A model generated the notes under the pieces. The model was not told the origin of the DNA. It did not search any database and saw only the letters and a program-made list of their open reading frames with translations. Below, one piece after another: positions 19,147-28,285 of a stretch of DNA of 52,879 nucleotides (its first letter is position 1; each line of letters begins with the position of its first letter). Origin of the DNA: a virus. Taxonomy: Duplodnaviria; Caudoviricetes. The position numbers were made by a program, and so were the translations under genes. Where the stretch lies: positions 1 through 52,879 of IMG/VR virus record IMGVR_UViG_3300001868_000225; one strand, written 5' to 3'.

Positions 19147-19448
19147 TTTATTTGAGAAGCGACGGCGATTGCGGAAATTACTGAAGCGATTACCAAAATT
19201 ACCATGATAATCTTAATTGTATTTACGCCAGAACTTATTTTATCAATTCTAATTCTGATATATGCCTGATGCATAATTTCAAACTGTGGATAGTTTTTCA
19301 AAATACTTTCAGCCAAAACTGCCGTATTTTCTGCTTTAATTTCCTTTTCATGCTGAATTACCGAGTTTTTAAGGTCTTCGTACTCTTTGTTATCCATGAC
19401 ATTTTGGTATCCCAGAAACAAATACTTTAACAAGGTTGCTTTTTTCAT
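19143..19448 (-). CDS. Moron: small protein with C-terminal TM helix
   Basis: IIMVILVIASVISAIAV; ATGA overlap with the exonuclease. Confidence 0.6.
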   Translation of the reverse strand: MKKATLLKYLFLGYQNVMDNKEYEDLKNSVIQHEKEIKAENTAVLAESILKNYPQFEIMHQAYIRIRIDKISSGVNTIKIIMVILVIASVISAIAVASQIK

Positions 19449-19498
19449 TGGTTTTATTTTTTGGTTTATCCCACTAAGTTAAACCATTTGAATGGAAT

Positions 19499-19529
19499 AA
19501 AAAAACCCGCTGAGTGAGCGGGTTTTTTT
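19499..19529. terminator. Bidirectional terminator, moron repeat copy 3
   Basis: Core identical to 17493-17521. Confidence 0.85.
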
Positions 19530-19532
19530 GTT

Positions 19533-19952
19533 TTAAAACTGAAGCTGTGTAAGCTCCGTACCAATGCGGTGTAAGGCATCGGAAATGCGTAGGGCTTGTT
19601 TTTCCGACATTGTTTTCTCTCCCCTCACATATTGGTTTAGTAGGGCACGGTTCATACCAGCCCGCTCCGATACCCCTTTAACCGTTACCGGAAAATGCTC
19701 AAACAGGTCCTGAATATTAATATGAAGGTCGGGTTCATACTCACCCCTGATCAATTCATCAGCTACTTTATCATCATCTTCGAGCATACTTTCCAGATGC
19801 AGATCAATCGCTTCGCGAATATTTACTTTCAGTTCGTCAAGGCTTTCACCATGCGAGAAACATCCGGGCAAACTTGTTATTTCGGCCCACCAGCCATCTT
19901 TATTAGGCCGTACCATCACAGCTACTTTAAACATATCGTTATCTCCTATCAT
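19533..19952 (-). CDS. hicB: HicB antitoxin with C-terminal HTH
   Basis: WWAEITSLPGCFSHGESLDELKVNIREAIDLHL; C-terminal VSERAGMNRALLNQYVRG HTH. Confidence 0.9.
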   Translation of the reverse strand: MIGDNDMFKVAVMVRPNKDGWWAEITSLPGCFSHGESLDELKVNIREAIDLHLESMLEDDDKVADELIRGEYEPDLHINIQDLFEHFPVTVKGVSERAGMNRALLNQYVRGEKTMSEKQALRISDALHRIGTELTQLQF

Positions 19953-19964
19953 TAATAGGAGAGG

Positions 19965-20150
19965 CTATTTCAGCCCCGCCTGTTTTAAAATCGAACTTTC
20001 GAGCCATTTCGGAACTTCCTTGTTACCATGGTAAGGAATGGTAACAGCCCCTTTTTTCACCGGGTGCTTAAACTGGATATGGCTTCCTTTCTGCCTTACC
20101 ATTTGCCAGCCGTCGTCCTCAATGAATTTTATGATCTCATTCGTTTTCAT
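19965..20150 (-). CDS. hicA: HicA toxin (mRNA interferase)
   Basis: DGWQMVRQKGSHIQFKHP..VTIPYH..SILKQAGL. Confidence 0.93.
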   Translation of the reverse strand: MKTNEIIKFIEDDGWQMVRQKGSHIQFKHPVKKGAVTIPYHGNKEVPKWLESSILKQAGLK

Positions 20151-20154
20151 GTTT

Positions 20155-20212
20155 CAAAAGTAACATTATTGATACTTATGTGCAAATTTTAAAGTAACTT
20201 TTTTGATACTAT
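20155..20212 (-). promoter_or_regulatory. hicAB promoter with duplicated operator-like sites
   Basis: Minus strand TTTG (-33) and TACTTTTG (-7); direct repeats GTAACattaTTGATACT / GTAACttttTTTGATACT. Confidence 0.55.
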
Positions 20213-20283
20213 TTTAATACAAAAAAACCTCCGGCGTTTCCACCAGAGGTTTTTTCCTCTTTTCTCTTTCCCCTTTCCTTTTC

Positions 20284-20628
20284 CTAAACCTTCACCTTAT
20301 CTACCAGTTCCCAAATCAGATCGAGTTGCAAAAACAGGTAACGATCCTTGATGCCGGCACATTCGGTTTTTTCTGAATAAGTTTCTCCAAACAGGTTAAG
20401 CAATTCGTTTTTATTCCGCTGATCCATGCAAATGATCCGGTCGGCCTGATCGAGTTGATCTTTAGTGACATATTTACCGCCATGAATACGACATGCAGTG
20501 GGGCATGATCCGGCGCTTTCGTACTGATTTTCGGGTTTCAAAAAGGAGAACCAAAATTGTGCGGTAATGCTACGGTTTACATTGGCAGCACATACAAATA
20601 AAATGTTTTTACCTTCCATTGTTTTCAA
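20284..20628 (-). CDS. Low-molecular-weight protein tyrosine phosphatase-like protein
   Basis: ILFVCAANVNRS = CX5R(S) P-loop; SAG; ADRIICMD. Confidence 0.85.
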   Translation of the reverse strand: MKTMEGKNILFVCAANVNRSITAQFWFSFLKPENQYESAGSCPTACRIHGGKYVTKDQLDQADRIICMDQRNKNELLNLFGETYSEKTECAGIKDRYLFLQLDLIWELVDKVKV

Positions 20629-20639
20629 GTTTTGCTAAA

Positions 20640-21128
20640 TTAATATCCTCTTCCCCGGGCCTTATCGTAAGCCCTGGCCGTTGGATTATTATTTGGTGTT
20701 GATTTTGGACTGTGAGAATTTACCAATGAACTATCCACATCAAATGATTCAAGATTAACCATGATCACCTGTGATGCTTTCATGGCATATTTTTCGGCCA
20801 ATAATTCGCGAAGGATCTGTAATTGGTGATAGAATTCTTTACTATACCAGGGCTTTGGCTTACGTTTTGGTGTAAAACCTATATTACCTGAATTGCCTCG
20901 GGAAAACTCCCTGCCAACACCCATATCGACAAACTTACCGTAATATAAAAATGCGAACTCGATACGATCCGGATCTCCATTGGCATTGGTGATGACATGG
21001 TGTGCAAAACTATTGTACAGGTCATGGCTGTAATTAATCTTGAGCATGATTATTTTTTCGAGCCAGGTCTTGACAACTATCTCGGCCCATGCTTCGACGG
21101 TTAATGATATGTTGGTGTTATCTGCCAT
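20640..21128 (-). CDS. Phage neck/tail-completion-like protein
   Basis: YGKFVDMGVG and RKPKPW motifs; position between head and tail genes. Confidence 0.55.
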   Translation of the reverse strand: MADNTNISLTVEAWAEIVVKTWLEKIIMLKINYSHDLYNSFAHHVITNANGDPDRIEFAFLYYGKFVDMGVGREFSRGNSGNIGFTPKRKPKPWYSKEFYHQLQILRELLAEKYAMKASQVIMVNLESFDVDSSLVNSHSPKSTPNNNPTARAYDKARGRGY

Positions 21129-21277
21129 TGGATATTTACAATTTATTTATTTACGATTTACGATTTAACCCCATTGCCTTGTTCGAAGCGTCATTGCGAC
21201 CGCGAGGAACGTGGCGGGAAGCAATCTATAATTCGTTGGGATTGCTTCGTCGTGCCTCCTCGCAATGACGGGTTGAA

Positions 21278-21784
21278 TTATAGACTATCCCAGTCGGCAG
21301 CGCTGTATATTAGTCTGGTATCGCCATCGGTGACGGTAAACGAGAACATGACCCCATGAAAATTGATACCAATAGGTCCTACATTTTGGTAGGGAATGCT
21401 GGAGAAATCGAGAAACGAAAGACCGTTCAGTCCCAGTCGTTTTTCACGGATCATTCGGGCAAGGATTTTAAACCCGGTGGTTTTGCAGTTTTTCTTGGCC
21501 AGTTCTTCAGCGTCGAAATCGTTGTAATCTTCCACCTTTTCGAGCACGTAAAACACATAGTAAGGCGAATCGAGGAAATTGTCGGAATGAACCTGATCGC
21601 CTACCGAACCTTCTTCGTTGTTGTGAATGACCAATACGCGGCCAGTAACGTCGGTTTGTTGGTTTAGCAATTCTTCCAGTCCGGCAATTCCGGAGCAACG
21701 GAAAAAACGTTTGACTGAATTGGTGTGCCCGATATCTTTTAACCGGGTGGCACAATCGAGCATGTATGATTTGAAGTTGAACAT
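21278..21784 (-). CDS. Tail terminator-like structural protein
   Basis: 168 aa, acidic, C-terminal GVMFSFTV strand; position. Confidence 0.45.
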   Translation of the reverse strand: MFNFKSYMLDCATRLKDIGHTNSVKRFFRCSGIAGLEELLNQQTDVTGRVLVIHNNEEGSVGDQVHSDNFLDSPYYVFYVLEKVEDYNDFDAEELAKKNCKTTGFKILARMIREKRLGLNGLSFLDFSSIPYQNVGPIGINFHGVMFSFTVTDGDTRLIYSAADWDSL

Positions 21785-21814
21785 GATGTTGAGTTATAAG
21801 TTATGAATTATAAG

Positions 21815-22099
21815 TTAAAGCCATTCAACCCTATTGTCAGTTATAAAATAATATGCGTGGTATGGCGATTCTCCCTTAAAATTTCCAATTGAGGGCCTGA
21901 GTGTGACTTTACCATCATTTTCGGTTAACTTCCAGTCTGTATTTTCCTGAATGGGAGTAACCGTTTTTTGCTTACAGCCACATGCACATAAATGAATGGC
22001 TAATTTGAAACGCCATGAAATATAAATAATTCCTTCTTCCATATTTTCAGGCATGTAACCTTCAATGAATATCGGTTTTATTTCAAATATTTTTGGCAT
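21815..22099 (-). CDS. DUF6527-like small metal-binding protein
   Basis: AIHLCACGC..VTP...VTLRPSIGN...HAYYFI. Confidence 0.65.
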   Translation of the reverse strand: MPKIFEIKPIFIEGYMPENMEEGIIYISWRFKLAIHLCACGCKQKTVTPIQENTDWKLTENDGKVTLRPSIGNFKGESPYHAYYFITDNRVEWL

Positions 22100-22102
22100 G
22101 AT

Positions 22103-22933
22103 TTATTTCTTTGAATTCGGTTGTTGTTTTTCGATCATACGTTCGAGCAGATCCAGAACATCCCATGCGGGTGAGTTGAAAATCTGTTCGTTTTTAGTGA
22201 CGTCGCCCTGGTTAAGATCTGATACCAACTGAATAAATCCTTTTACCGGGCTTACCGGGGCTTCGGATGAAACGCCGCCTGATTTAAATACCTGTGGATG
22301 TGCTTTGACCATGACATTGCGGCACCCTGCATAAAAGGTGTAAACAGCATAGCGTTTATTCATCAAGAGCAAACGGAACCATTTTGCCCGTTGTGGATAA
22401 ATAAAATCGTTGAACGGCTGACGACGATCACCGTTATAATCGGGGCTCATGGGATGATAATGCGATTGTTGTGGGCGATACATCACGGCACAAAGCATGT
22501 TCAGGTAAAACTGTTTGCGTTCGGGTTTTGCATTGTTATAAGCAAAAAACTGGCCTTCGGCATGTATGAATTCTTTCCACGACAGATTGCGGCATTCGCG
22601 GCATGGTCCCCAGTAGCGGCGCAATCCGATCAGAAACGACGGGAAAAGGTTGATGGTTAGTTTGCAATTCTCAGTCAGGTAATCCACCGATTTCAGGAAC
22701 CAGGTTAATTCGATTGACGTGAGCCAGAATTCCTCTTTTCTTTTTCGAAATTGCCAGTATTCCTGATCTTTCCTGATCTTTCGTGGCAATGCTTTTACAC
22801 CGGTTAGGTGCAGAAAGGCTTTCAGGCGAAAAGTATTTTGGTCGTACCCGTTACGGAATAGCTGGCAGATGTACAGCAGCTGTTTACGGGTAAGATTATT
22901 CCATTTGGGCAGGTGTAAATTTACTTCGTTCAT
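22103..22933 (-). CDS. Conserved phage morphogenesis protein
   Basis: LPKWNNLT..QL start and LCAVMYRP motif; coupled to the upstream gene. Confidence 0.55.
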   Translation of the reverse strand: MNEVNLHLPKWNNLTRKQLLYICQLFRNGYDQNTFRLKAFLHLTGVKALPRKIRKDQEYWQFRKRKEEFWLTSIELTWFLKSVDYLTENCKLTINLFPSFLIGLRRYWGPCRECRNLSWKEFIHAEGQFFAYNNAKPERKQFYLNMLCAVMYRPQQSHYHPMSPDYNGDRRQPFNDFIYPQRAKWFRLLLMNKRYAVYTFYAGCRNVMVKAHPQVFKSGGVSSEAPVSPVKGFIQLVSDLNQGDVTKNEQIFNSPAWDVLDLLERMIEKQQPNSKK

Positions 22934-23829
22934 CCGGTAATCCCTCCTATAAAAAAGCCATATTGTTCGCCGTCATCGTCGAGAGCAGTAGCATTGTTAA
23001 AAGGCGCTTCATAAGCATTTGACGCATATACCGGGTAAGTATCGAGGTGAGTGCGCAAATAAGCCATAGCATTGCTCAATGCCGAAACATACTTATTGCG
23101 CCAGTAGGATACATCTGCAGTAGGATTGGTAGAACGTTGAAATTGTATTTCTGCTGACCATGCCAGGGCTTGCTGAATAATTGGTTTAACGGCAGTATCA
23201 GTTGCGGCACGAAGTTCGGTAAGAAATTCAGCGCTGAAGATATTGCTGAAATTAGTCAGCTCTTCGAAATTGATATGCCGTTTCAGATCGACAAAGCGCC
23301 TTCGACTACAGTTGATATCAACGAACTGATCATACACGGCTGCCGATGGGATCAGGCTGCCGGTATTGATACACGATTTATTCCAGGCCGTATATTTATC
23401 TGCATGATTCTCCAAAAACAATAATAAGCGGTCGAGGCCGTCGTTGGCGGCCTGGAGACACGAGTCTTTCAAATCGCGTACCCGGTCCATGCTGGCCGGA
23501 GCCTGGTTGGGGTTGCTGACAATGCCAAAACCGAAGCCGGTAGCCACAAGATTGAACTGTGGAATACTTTCAAGTATGGTCAGGTTGGCCAGAACCGGTT
23601 TTAAAGCATTGATTAAGCGATCTATATCTTCAGCGTCCGGATCCAGTTCTGAATTTGCCGAATCTTCCAGCGGAGTCCCAAAATCATAGATACTTTCAAC
23701 TAAAATATCACCCAGGTATTTGGGCAAATATTTGTACAAAGCCCTGATCTCGAATGCTTCGTATTTCGAGATGTCGTTGATTGAATTCAGCGGCAGATGT
23801 GTTTTTATATCTTCTATTGTAAGTATCAT
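22930..23829 (-). CDS. Head-tail adaptor-like protein (DUF6712-like)
   Basis: Directly downstream of portal; GFGIVSNPNQAPASMDRV motif. Confidence 0.55.
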   Translation of the reverse strand: MILTIEDIKTHLPLNSINDISKYEAFEIRALYKYLPKYLGDILVESIYDFGTPLEDSANSELDPDAEDIDRLINALKPVLANLTILESIPQFNLVATGFGFGIVSNPNQAPASMDRVRDLKDSCLQAANDGLDRLLLFLENHADKYTAWNKSCINTGSLIPSAAVYDQFVDINCSRRRFVDLKRHINFEELTNFSNIFSAEFLTELRAATDTAVKPIIQQALAWSAEIQFQRSTNPTADVSYWRNKYVSALSNAMAYLRTHLDTYPVYASNAYEAPFNNATALDDDGEQYGFFIGGITG

Positions 23830-25244
23830 TTGAGTGGTTCGTTTACTTTGGTTACACTTCCGGTCTTATTGTTATCGAGCGTGGTAAGCTCCAGGTTAGG
23901 GATCACAAAGTGAAGATCGGCAGGCCACTTGTTAATCGACTTAATGAGGTAGAGCGGTCGAAGGATGCGGTCGCGGAATGGTTTCATCAATGCCTGTTTA
24001 ATGATGAAAAGCTCACGGGCTTCAGTACCATTGATGGTTTTGTTCTTGCCTGGTGGCGGACCAACCAATGCGGGCTGGGTCATCATGGCATAAGCGATAA
24101 GGTTCGATACTTCTTCCGAATCTTCGATGTAAGCGCCATCTTTCATCTCGTTTTTCACTACATCAATCTTAATCATGGGATATGGCTGACCGGCAGGGTC
24201 TTTTTTCTGAAAGGTAATAATCGATTTTCCACTATTTTCATTCCCCTTAATGAAGTCGTTGATGTCTTTATATTCCTTCTTCATTCGGGCCTTTTGTTCT
24301 TTGTCTCCGGTAATGCTCTCGCGTCGGAATATTTCCTTGAAATAATCAGGATCGAGCAGTATGATGTAATTGATCAATGCCTGATTTCGCATGATGGCAT
24401 CCTTAAATGGAAGTATTTTCATGGCAAAATCGTATAATCCACCCTCAAAAATGGCATACCAATACGGCTTCTGATAATAATTTCGCCCGGGTGAAGGGAA
24501 ATTTACCGGAACAATGAAACGGTTACGGCGGGCTTTCACCGGTTTTTTCAGATCTTCGGTCATCGCTTCGCGCAGATGGCGCAAAGGAGTGTGATGATCG
24601 AGTACATTGGTGGCCGTACATGGATATTTTTCGCAGGGTTGATATACGCCCCAATAAGCAAAATAGTAATGCCATTCGATGCGCCCGTTTTCCGGATTCA
24701 TCTCACTCCAGCGCGAAAATGAAGCTTCTTTGCTGCGAAGTTCAACAATCTTGCGCTTGTCACCATCCTCGCCATTGAATATGATTTCGGGATAACAGTT
24801 AAAAAACCAATGCATATCGGTCATTTGCTCAAGCAAATATAATTGCATATCATTCTCTTCAAAAAAGCGGTCAATTTCATCATTCCCGGTATAGGGTTCA
24901 ATTTTTTTGTTTTCACCTTCGCCGGTAATCTTCACCGGTTTGATGCCGTCACCATAACTTAACAGCACGTTAAACCAAAGATTGGCATTCATTTGTGCCA
25001 GTTTGCCTGATTTTTCGATGATTTTATTGGGCAAATCGTTGTTAGCGCCCCATGGTACCATTCGTGGCATTGTTTCTTTATCATGACCCTTCACTGTAAT
25101 GTTGGCCGGTTCCCGATCAGGTACTCCAAATATATTCGAGGTGTCGGTCGTTTGCAGAAAAACAGCGGAAGTACCCGGTGAATAAGCGGTAGTCCCATCG
25201 TGATGCATGATTATTTCTTCCTTGATTTTTTCTATCTGTGTCAT
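23826..25244 (-). CDS. Portal protein
   Basis: 472 aa; PWGANNDLP, YYQKPYW, GNENSGK, PALVG, GTEARE motifs typical of portals. Confidence 0.7.
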   Translation of the reverse strand: MTQIEKIKEEIIMHHDGTTAYSPGTSAVFLQTTDTSNIFGVPDREPANITVKGHDKETMPRMVPWGANNDLPNKIIEKSGKLAQMNANLWFNVLLSYGDGIKPVKITGEGENKKIEPYTGNDEIDRFFEENDMQLYLLEQMTDMHWFFNCYPEIIFNGEDGDKRKIVELRSKEASFSRWSEMNPENGRIEWHYYFAYWGVYQPCEKYPCTATNVLDHHTPLRHLREAMTEDLKKPVKARRNRFIVPVNFPSPGRNYYQKPYWYAIFEGGLYDFAMKILPFKDAIMRNQALINYIILLDPDYFKEIFRRESITGDKEQKARMKKEYKDINDFIKGNENSGKSIITFQKKDPAGQPYPMIKIDVVKNEMKDGAYIEDSEEVSNLIAYAMMTQPALVGPPPGKNKTINGTEARELFIIKQALMKPFRDRILRPLYLIKSINKWPADLHFVIPNLELTTLDNNKTGSVTKVNEPLK

Positions 25245-25558
25245 ATCATTACCTCCATACCATTAACATTAAAAAGCAGCTGGGCATGAACTGTGCGTAC
25301 CTCGCCACTTTCAGGATATTTAAAATTGAATGTGTCGTTTTTGAAATTTGATGATGTGCAAATCACACGGGCGTTGACGACCGTTCCGTCTTTTTCGCCA
25401 TAAACGATATCAAATGGCAACCGCTCGATACTACGGTCGAACGGATCCAGAAGATGCCGGAGAGCTTTGAGGAATATTTGTTTTAAAGCCCCACCCCGTC
25501 CCTCCCCAGAAGGGAGGGAGAAAGAACGGATGCTATTAATTGAACTATTATTGTCCAT
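25241..25558 (-). CDS. Phage hypothetical protein upstream of portal
   Basis: C-terminal VICTSS..TFNFKYPESGEVRTV..LFNVNGMEV; N-terminus contains a translated REP. Confidence 0.65.
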   Translation of the reverse strand: MDNNSSINSIRSFSLPSGEGRGGALKQIFLKALRHLLDPFDRSIERLPFDIVYGEKDGTVVNARVICTSSNFKNDTFNFKYPESGEVRTVHAQLLFNVNGMEVMI

Positions 25559-25594
25559 ATCCGATAAATTGAAAGGTTACTGATGTTTATATTT

Positions 25595-25629
25595 CAAATA
25601 TCGGAGATAGGTGACAGGAAGGAAAGGAC
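25595..25629 (-). promoter_or_regulatory. Late-promoter motif copy 5 (portal/head-tail operon)
   Basis: GTCCTTT-N20-GATATTTG. Confidence 0.7.
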
Positions 25630-25753
25630 AAAAAAAGTATTCAGTCTCAGTGTTCAGTCTCAGTGGGGTTGCTTTCTGCTTCGTTCCTCGCAGTTCGCAA
25701 TGACGGTTTTTAAGTCTTCCCGGTTTTACCGGGAGGAGATTTAGAGGGGGCTT

Positions 25754-25909
25754 TTAATTGTCTTGGGGAGTGAGGAGTTTTTCGAGTTTGCGGATGCGTT
25801 TCTTTATTTTAAGGAGTTGGTTTTTGGCCTGGTCGAATTGAACCCGTGCAGCTTCTTCGAGCTGACGGAGTTCAATGAGTTCTTGACGGATGTCGGTTGT
25901 GTGTATCAT
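25754..25909 (-). CDS. 51-aa coiled-coil protein
   Basis: MIHTTDIRQELIELRQLEE...; starts at the foot of a long hairpin. Confidence 0.55.
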   Translation of the reverse strand: MIHTTDIRQELIELRQLEEAARVQFDQAKNQLLKIKKRIRKLEKLLTPQDN

Positions 25910-26052
25910 AAAAGCCCCTCCCATCTTAATTTGCACAACACTACCCCCAAGGATAAATGTATATAAGACAGAAAGGGCCAAAGTGTGACCCGATCTGTCC
26001 TTGAGGGAATAATGGATAAAAGTGTTGTGCGGTGTAAAGATAGGGAAAAGTT
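25910..26052 (-). promoter_or_regulatory. Long-hairpin leader element, family C
   Basis: Pairings CCCATCTT/AAGATAGGG, GCACAACACT/AGTGTTGTGC, CCCCAAGGA/TCCTTGAGGG, GGGCCA/TGACCC. Confidence 0.6.
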
Positions 26053-26079
26053 TAGCAAATAGAAAAAGCCCCGAAGGGC

Positions 26080-26844
26080 TTAAAATAAAGTGAGCTGCTG
26101 GACTTCGACAGGCTCAGTCACCGATGTTGCACTGAGCAAATCGTCGAGAAGATCCGTTTGTTCGGAAGTAACCGGAATTGTTATGGTTTTTGGTTTTTGC
26201 GTCACAGTTTCCGGCATTTTCAGCACAATTACGCTTTCGGCTTCGGTGATGGGTACAATGTAAGGACCTAATCCGGTTGGATGAATCTGTACCTGCCAGG
26301 CGCCGTAAAATTGGTTGCTGAGTGAGTTCATCCAGGCAACTTCGCCAAACATTCCATTCAGACACATATTGATCAGGCACATCATGGCACAGTTACGGTC
26401 GATATCGGCTCCGTAGAATGTGGCATTTCGGTTGATCTTCGCGGCTGCCATTAGAATTCGTCCACTTCCGCAGGCGCAATCCAGCACACGGGATCCAGTT
26501 TCGATTGGGTTGGTTATTCGTGCCATCATTTCACAGATCGGTTCCGGAGTGAAGAACTGGCCATTGTGTCCAAAACTGATATGCTCCATGAAGAAATCGC
26601 CAAACACATCACGTAATCCTTCGCCGTGGTTATCCATTTCACAGACCAGTGCGCCAAACGCTTCAGCCATCAGGTAGGCTTCGGGTTTATCGTACCGTCG
26701 CACTATTTCAAGGTACCGGTCTTCCATGGCCCCCAGCGATAGTGCACAAACTGCCATTTCTAAAAAGTCGCTGAATACGTTTGAGATGCTGTTCCGACGC
26801 GCTAACTGCTGCATGTACTGGGCAAAGCTTTTTTGTTTTTCCAT
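26080..26844 (-). CDS. HsdM/N6-adenine methyltransferase-like protein lacking motif IV
   Basis: GQFFTP and VLDCACGSGRIL (motif I) present; no NPPY/F; terminator at 26063-26081. Confidence 0.8.
   Translation of the reverse strand: MEKQKSFAQYMQQLARRNSISNVFSDFLEMAVCALSLGAMEDRYLEIVRRYDKPEAYLMAEAFGALVCEMDNHGEGLRDVFGDFFMEHISFGHNGQFFTPEPICEMMARITNPIETGSRVLDCACGSGRILMAAAKINRNATFYGADIDRNCAMMCLINMCLNGMFGEVAWMNSLSNQFYGAWQVQIHPTGLGPYIVPITEAESVIVLKMPETVTQKPKTITIPVTSEQTDLLDDLLSATSVTEPVEVQQLTLF
26103..26124. repeat. REP family 3 (CTTCGACAnGCTCAG and variants)
   Basis: Copies at ~17468, 26103, 26858, 29792, 46092, 49974, 50028 (inverted), 50277. Confidence 0.75.
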
Positions 26845-27056
26845 TAGAGAGCCCTCCCTTCGACTGCTTCGCGCTCAGGGAGCGTTGGAACGATTGTCAT
26901 TCTGCCATTCTCGACTGTGACATGTACGGTTTGGTGTGGCTGAAACCCGGCTGCGGCTAACCAGTTTCCTTTGAGTGTTAGTTTTGGCACCTGGTGGTAA
27001 TTGTCCTGGTACTTACCTTTTACATACTCGGGTTGAAGCTTAATTACTTTTGTCAT
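26844..27056 (-). CDS. SymE-like (AbrB-fold) protein
   Basis: VPKLTLKGNWLAAAGFQPHQTVHVTVENGRMTI matches the SymE P.L.L.G.WL..AGF signature; stop overlaps the MTase ATG. Confidence 0.8.
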   Translation of the reverse strand: MTKVIKLQPEYVKGKYQDNYHQVPKLTLKGNWLAAAGFQPHQTVHVTVENGRMTIVPTLPEREAVEGRAL

Positions 27057-27064
27057 TCGTTGCA

Positions 27065-27337
27065 CCACTGCCCTGTGGATTTATGTAGGCTGGCTCTCCT
27101 GTTAATTTTGAGCCAACTAAAATTGAGCAGACCGGAATTGGTCAAGGGCGAATGTCAGGTTTTTGCATGGGAAGGCAGGTATGTTGACAGATCCCGAAAC
27201 AAGTTCGGGATGACGGAGCAAAAAGGTGACCGAGTGTGAAGCAAGCTTTTCATTTCCCTTCCGGAAGGAGAAAAGCTCCCTTTACTTTTCCGGGATGCGA
27301 TCAATAACTTCGGGGCAAAATTGAGTGAGAGTAGTCT
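27065..27337 (-). promoter_or_regulatory. Long-hairpin leader element, family A copy 1
   Basis: Shares GTCAAGGGCGAATGTCA, GTGACC..GAAGC and CCCTTTACTTTTCCGG..GCGATCAATAACTTC with 33810 and 34649; REP-like hairpin inserted at 27188-27216. Confidence 0.75.
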
Positions 27338-27406
27338 TTCTATGATTTACGATTAGCCTATTTACTATTTACAATTTGGGCAAAAAAAAGAGGCGTGAGC
27401 CTCTTC

Positions 27407-27754
27407 TTAATTATCAATTACAAATGATGTCATATTTGGCGCTGATCTAAGTTTTACTTTATGAATCATCCACGGTTGAAGTAGTTTTGGATAATCCCTA
27501 TGAAATAAAACAACTTCCATTTGATAATTTGGAATGACTTCGATGTCACGAAAATAAAATTTTCCTTCAGGAGATCTATAGGGCCATATTCCTAAAGCTC
27601 TTTTGTGACCTTCAACCAATAGATCAATAAAAACCTGTGGGGCAGAAATTTTAATATGGCTTCTGTCTATGTAAGTTAATTGTTTCAATTCAGGATCACA
27701 ATCTTTAAAGATGCGTTCAACCAATTCAAACGCCTGTTTTTCCAAAGTTTCCAT
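27407..27754 (-). CDS. Hypothetical protein
   Basis: 115-aa ORF, last of the 29240-27407 operon; terminator at 27381-27405. Confidence 0.65.
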   Translation of the reverse strand: METLEKQAFELVERIFKDCDPELKQLTYIDRSHIKISAPQVFIDLLVEGHKRALGIWPYRSPEGKFYFRDIEVIPNYQMEVVLFHRDYPKLLQPWMIHKVKLRSAPNMTSFVIDN

Positions 27755-27772
27755 AACTCAAATTTTAAATTA

Positions 27773-28027
27773 TTAAGGATAAACGTCTGAACCGATAAGG
27801 GTTTGAATCATACGCTGTGACCCTGGTAAATCCTGCATCATTGCTATAACTTCTTCTTTTGATAGATATGCTTTGAATTTGAAATCACAGGATTCAACTT
27901 CATTAAATGGTGTTTTCATCTTATACGAAAGAAACTCCACATCAAACTTTGTAATAAAACCGATAATGTCAGCATGACATTCAGCCGTGAATGAGAATTT
28001 TTGTAGTTTAATATCCATCTTCTTCAA
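27773..28027 (-). CDS. Hypothetical protein
   Basis: FSFTAECHADI...MIQTL; tight operon packing. Confidence 0.6.
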   Translation of the reverse strand: MKKMDIKLQKFSFTAECHADIIGFITKFDVEFLSYKMKTPFNEVESCDFKFKAYLSKEEVIAMMQDLPGSQRMIQTLIGSDVYP

Positions 28028-28036
28028 TTTTTATGG

Positions 28037-28282
28037 TTAAACTGAATTCAAGGCCTTACCTAGCAATTTCGATGCTTGAATAAATTCATCGACAGTAAAC
28101 CCGCAATTCTGAAATCGTTTTTGAGCATTAACGATGCCATTACTGATTTCTTCGTCGGACATATCGGATAAATCAAAGCCCATGAATGCAAATTCAGACC
28201 TGATACTTTTTAAGATCGACTTTACTTCTGATGGTTTACCTGGGAACAACCAATTCCAAAATGTTTTAAATGGATTTTTCAT
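28037..28282 (-). CDS. Hypothetical protein (MKNPFKTFWNWL start)
   Basis: Operon packing; N-terminus shared with 28569-28877. Confidence 0.65.
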   Translation of the reverse strand: MKNPFKTFWNWLFPGKPSEVKSILKSIRSEFAFMGFDLSDMSDEEISNGIVNAQKRFQNCGFTVDEFIQASKLLGKALNSV

Positions 28283-28285
28283 CTT

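Noticed and set aside
17354-22933. Programmed frameshift tail-chaperone pair upstream of the tape measure
   Set aside because: Morons occupy this position and I found no convincing slippery site with overlapping frames
4417-27376. ATTTACT/ATTTACG heptamer runs (4417, 11450, 13220, 21133, 27344) and CAGTnTT runs (25637, 29678) as operators
   Set aside because: Variable position and copy number, often adjacent to REPs; more simply short host-type repeats
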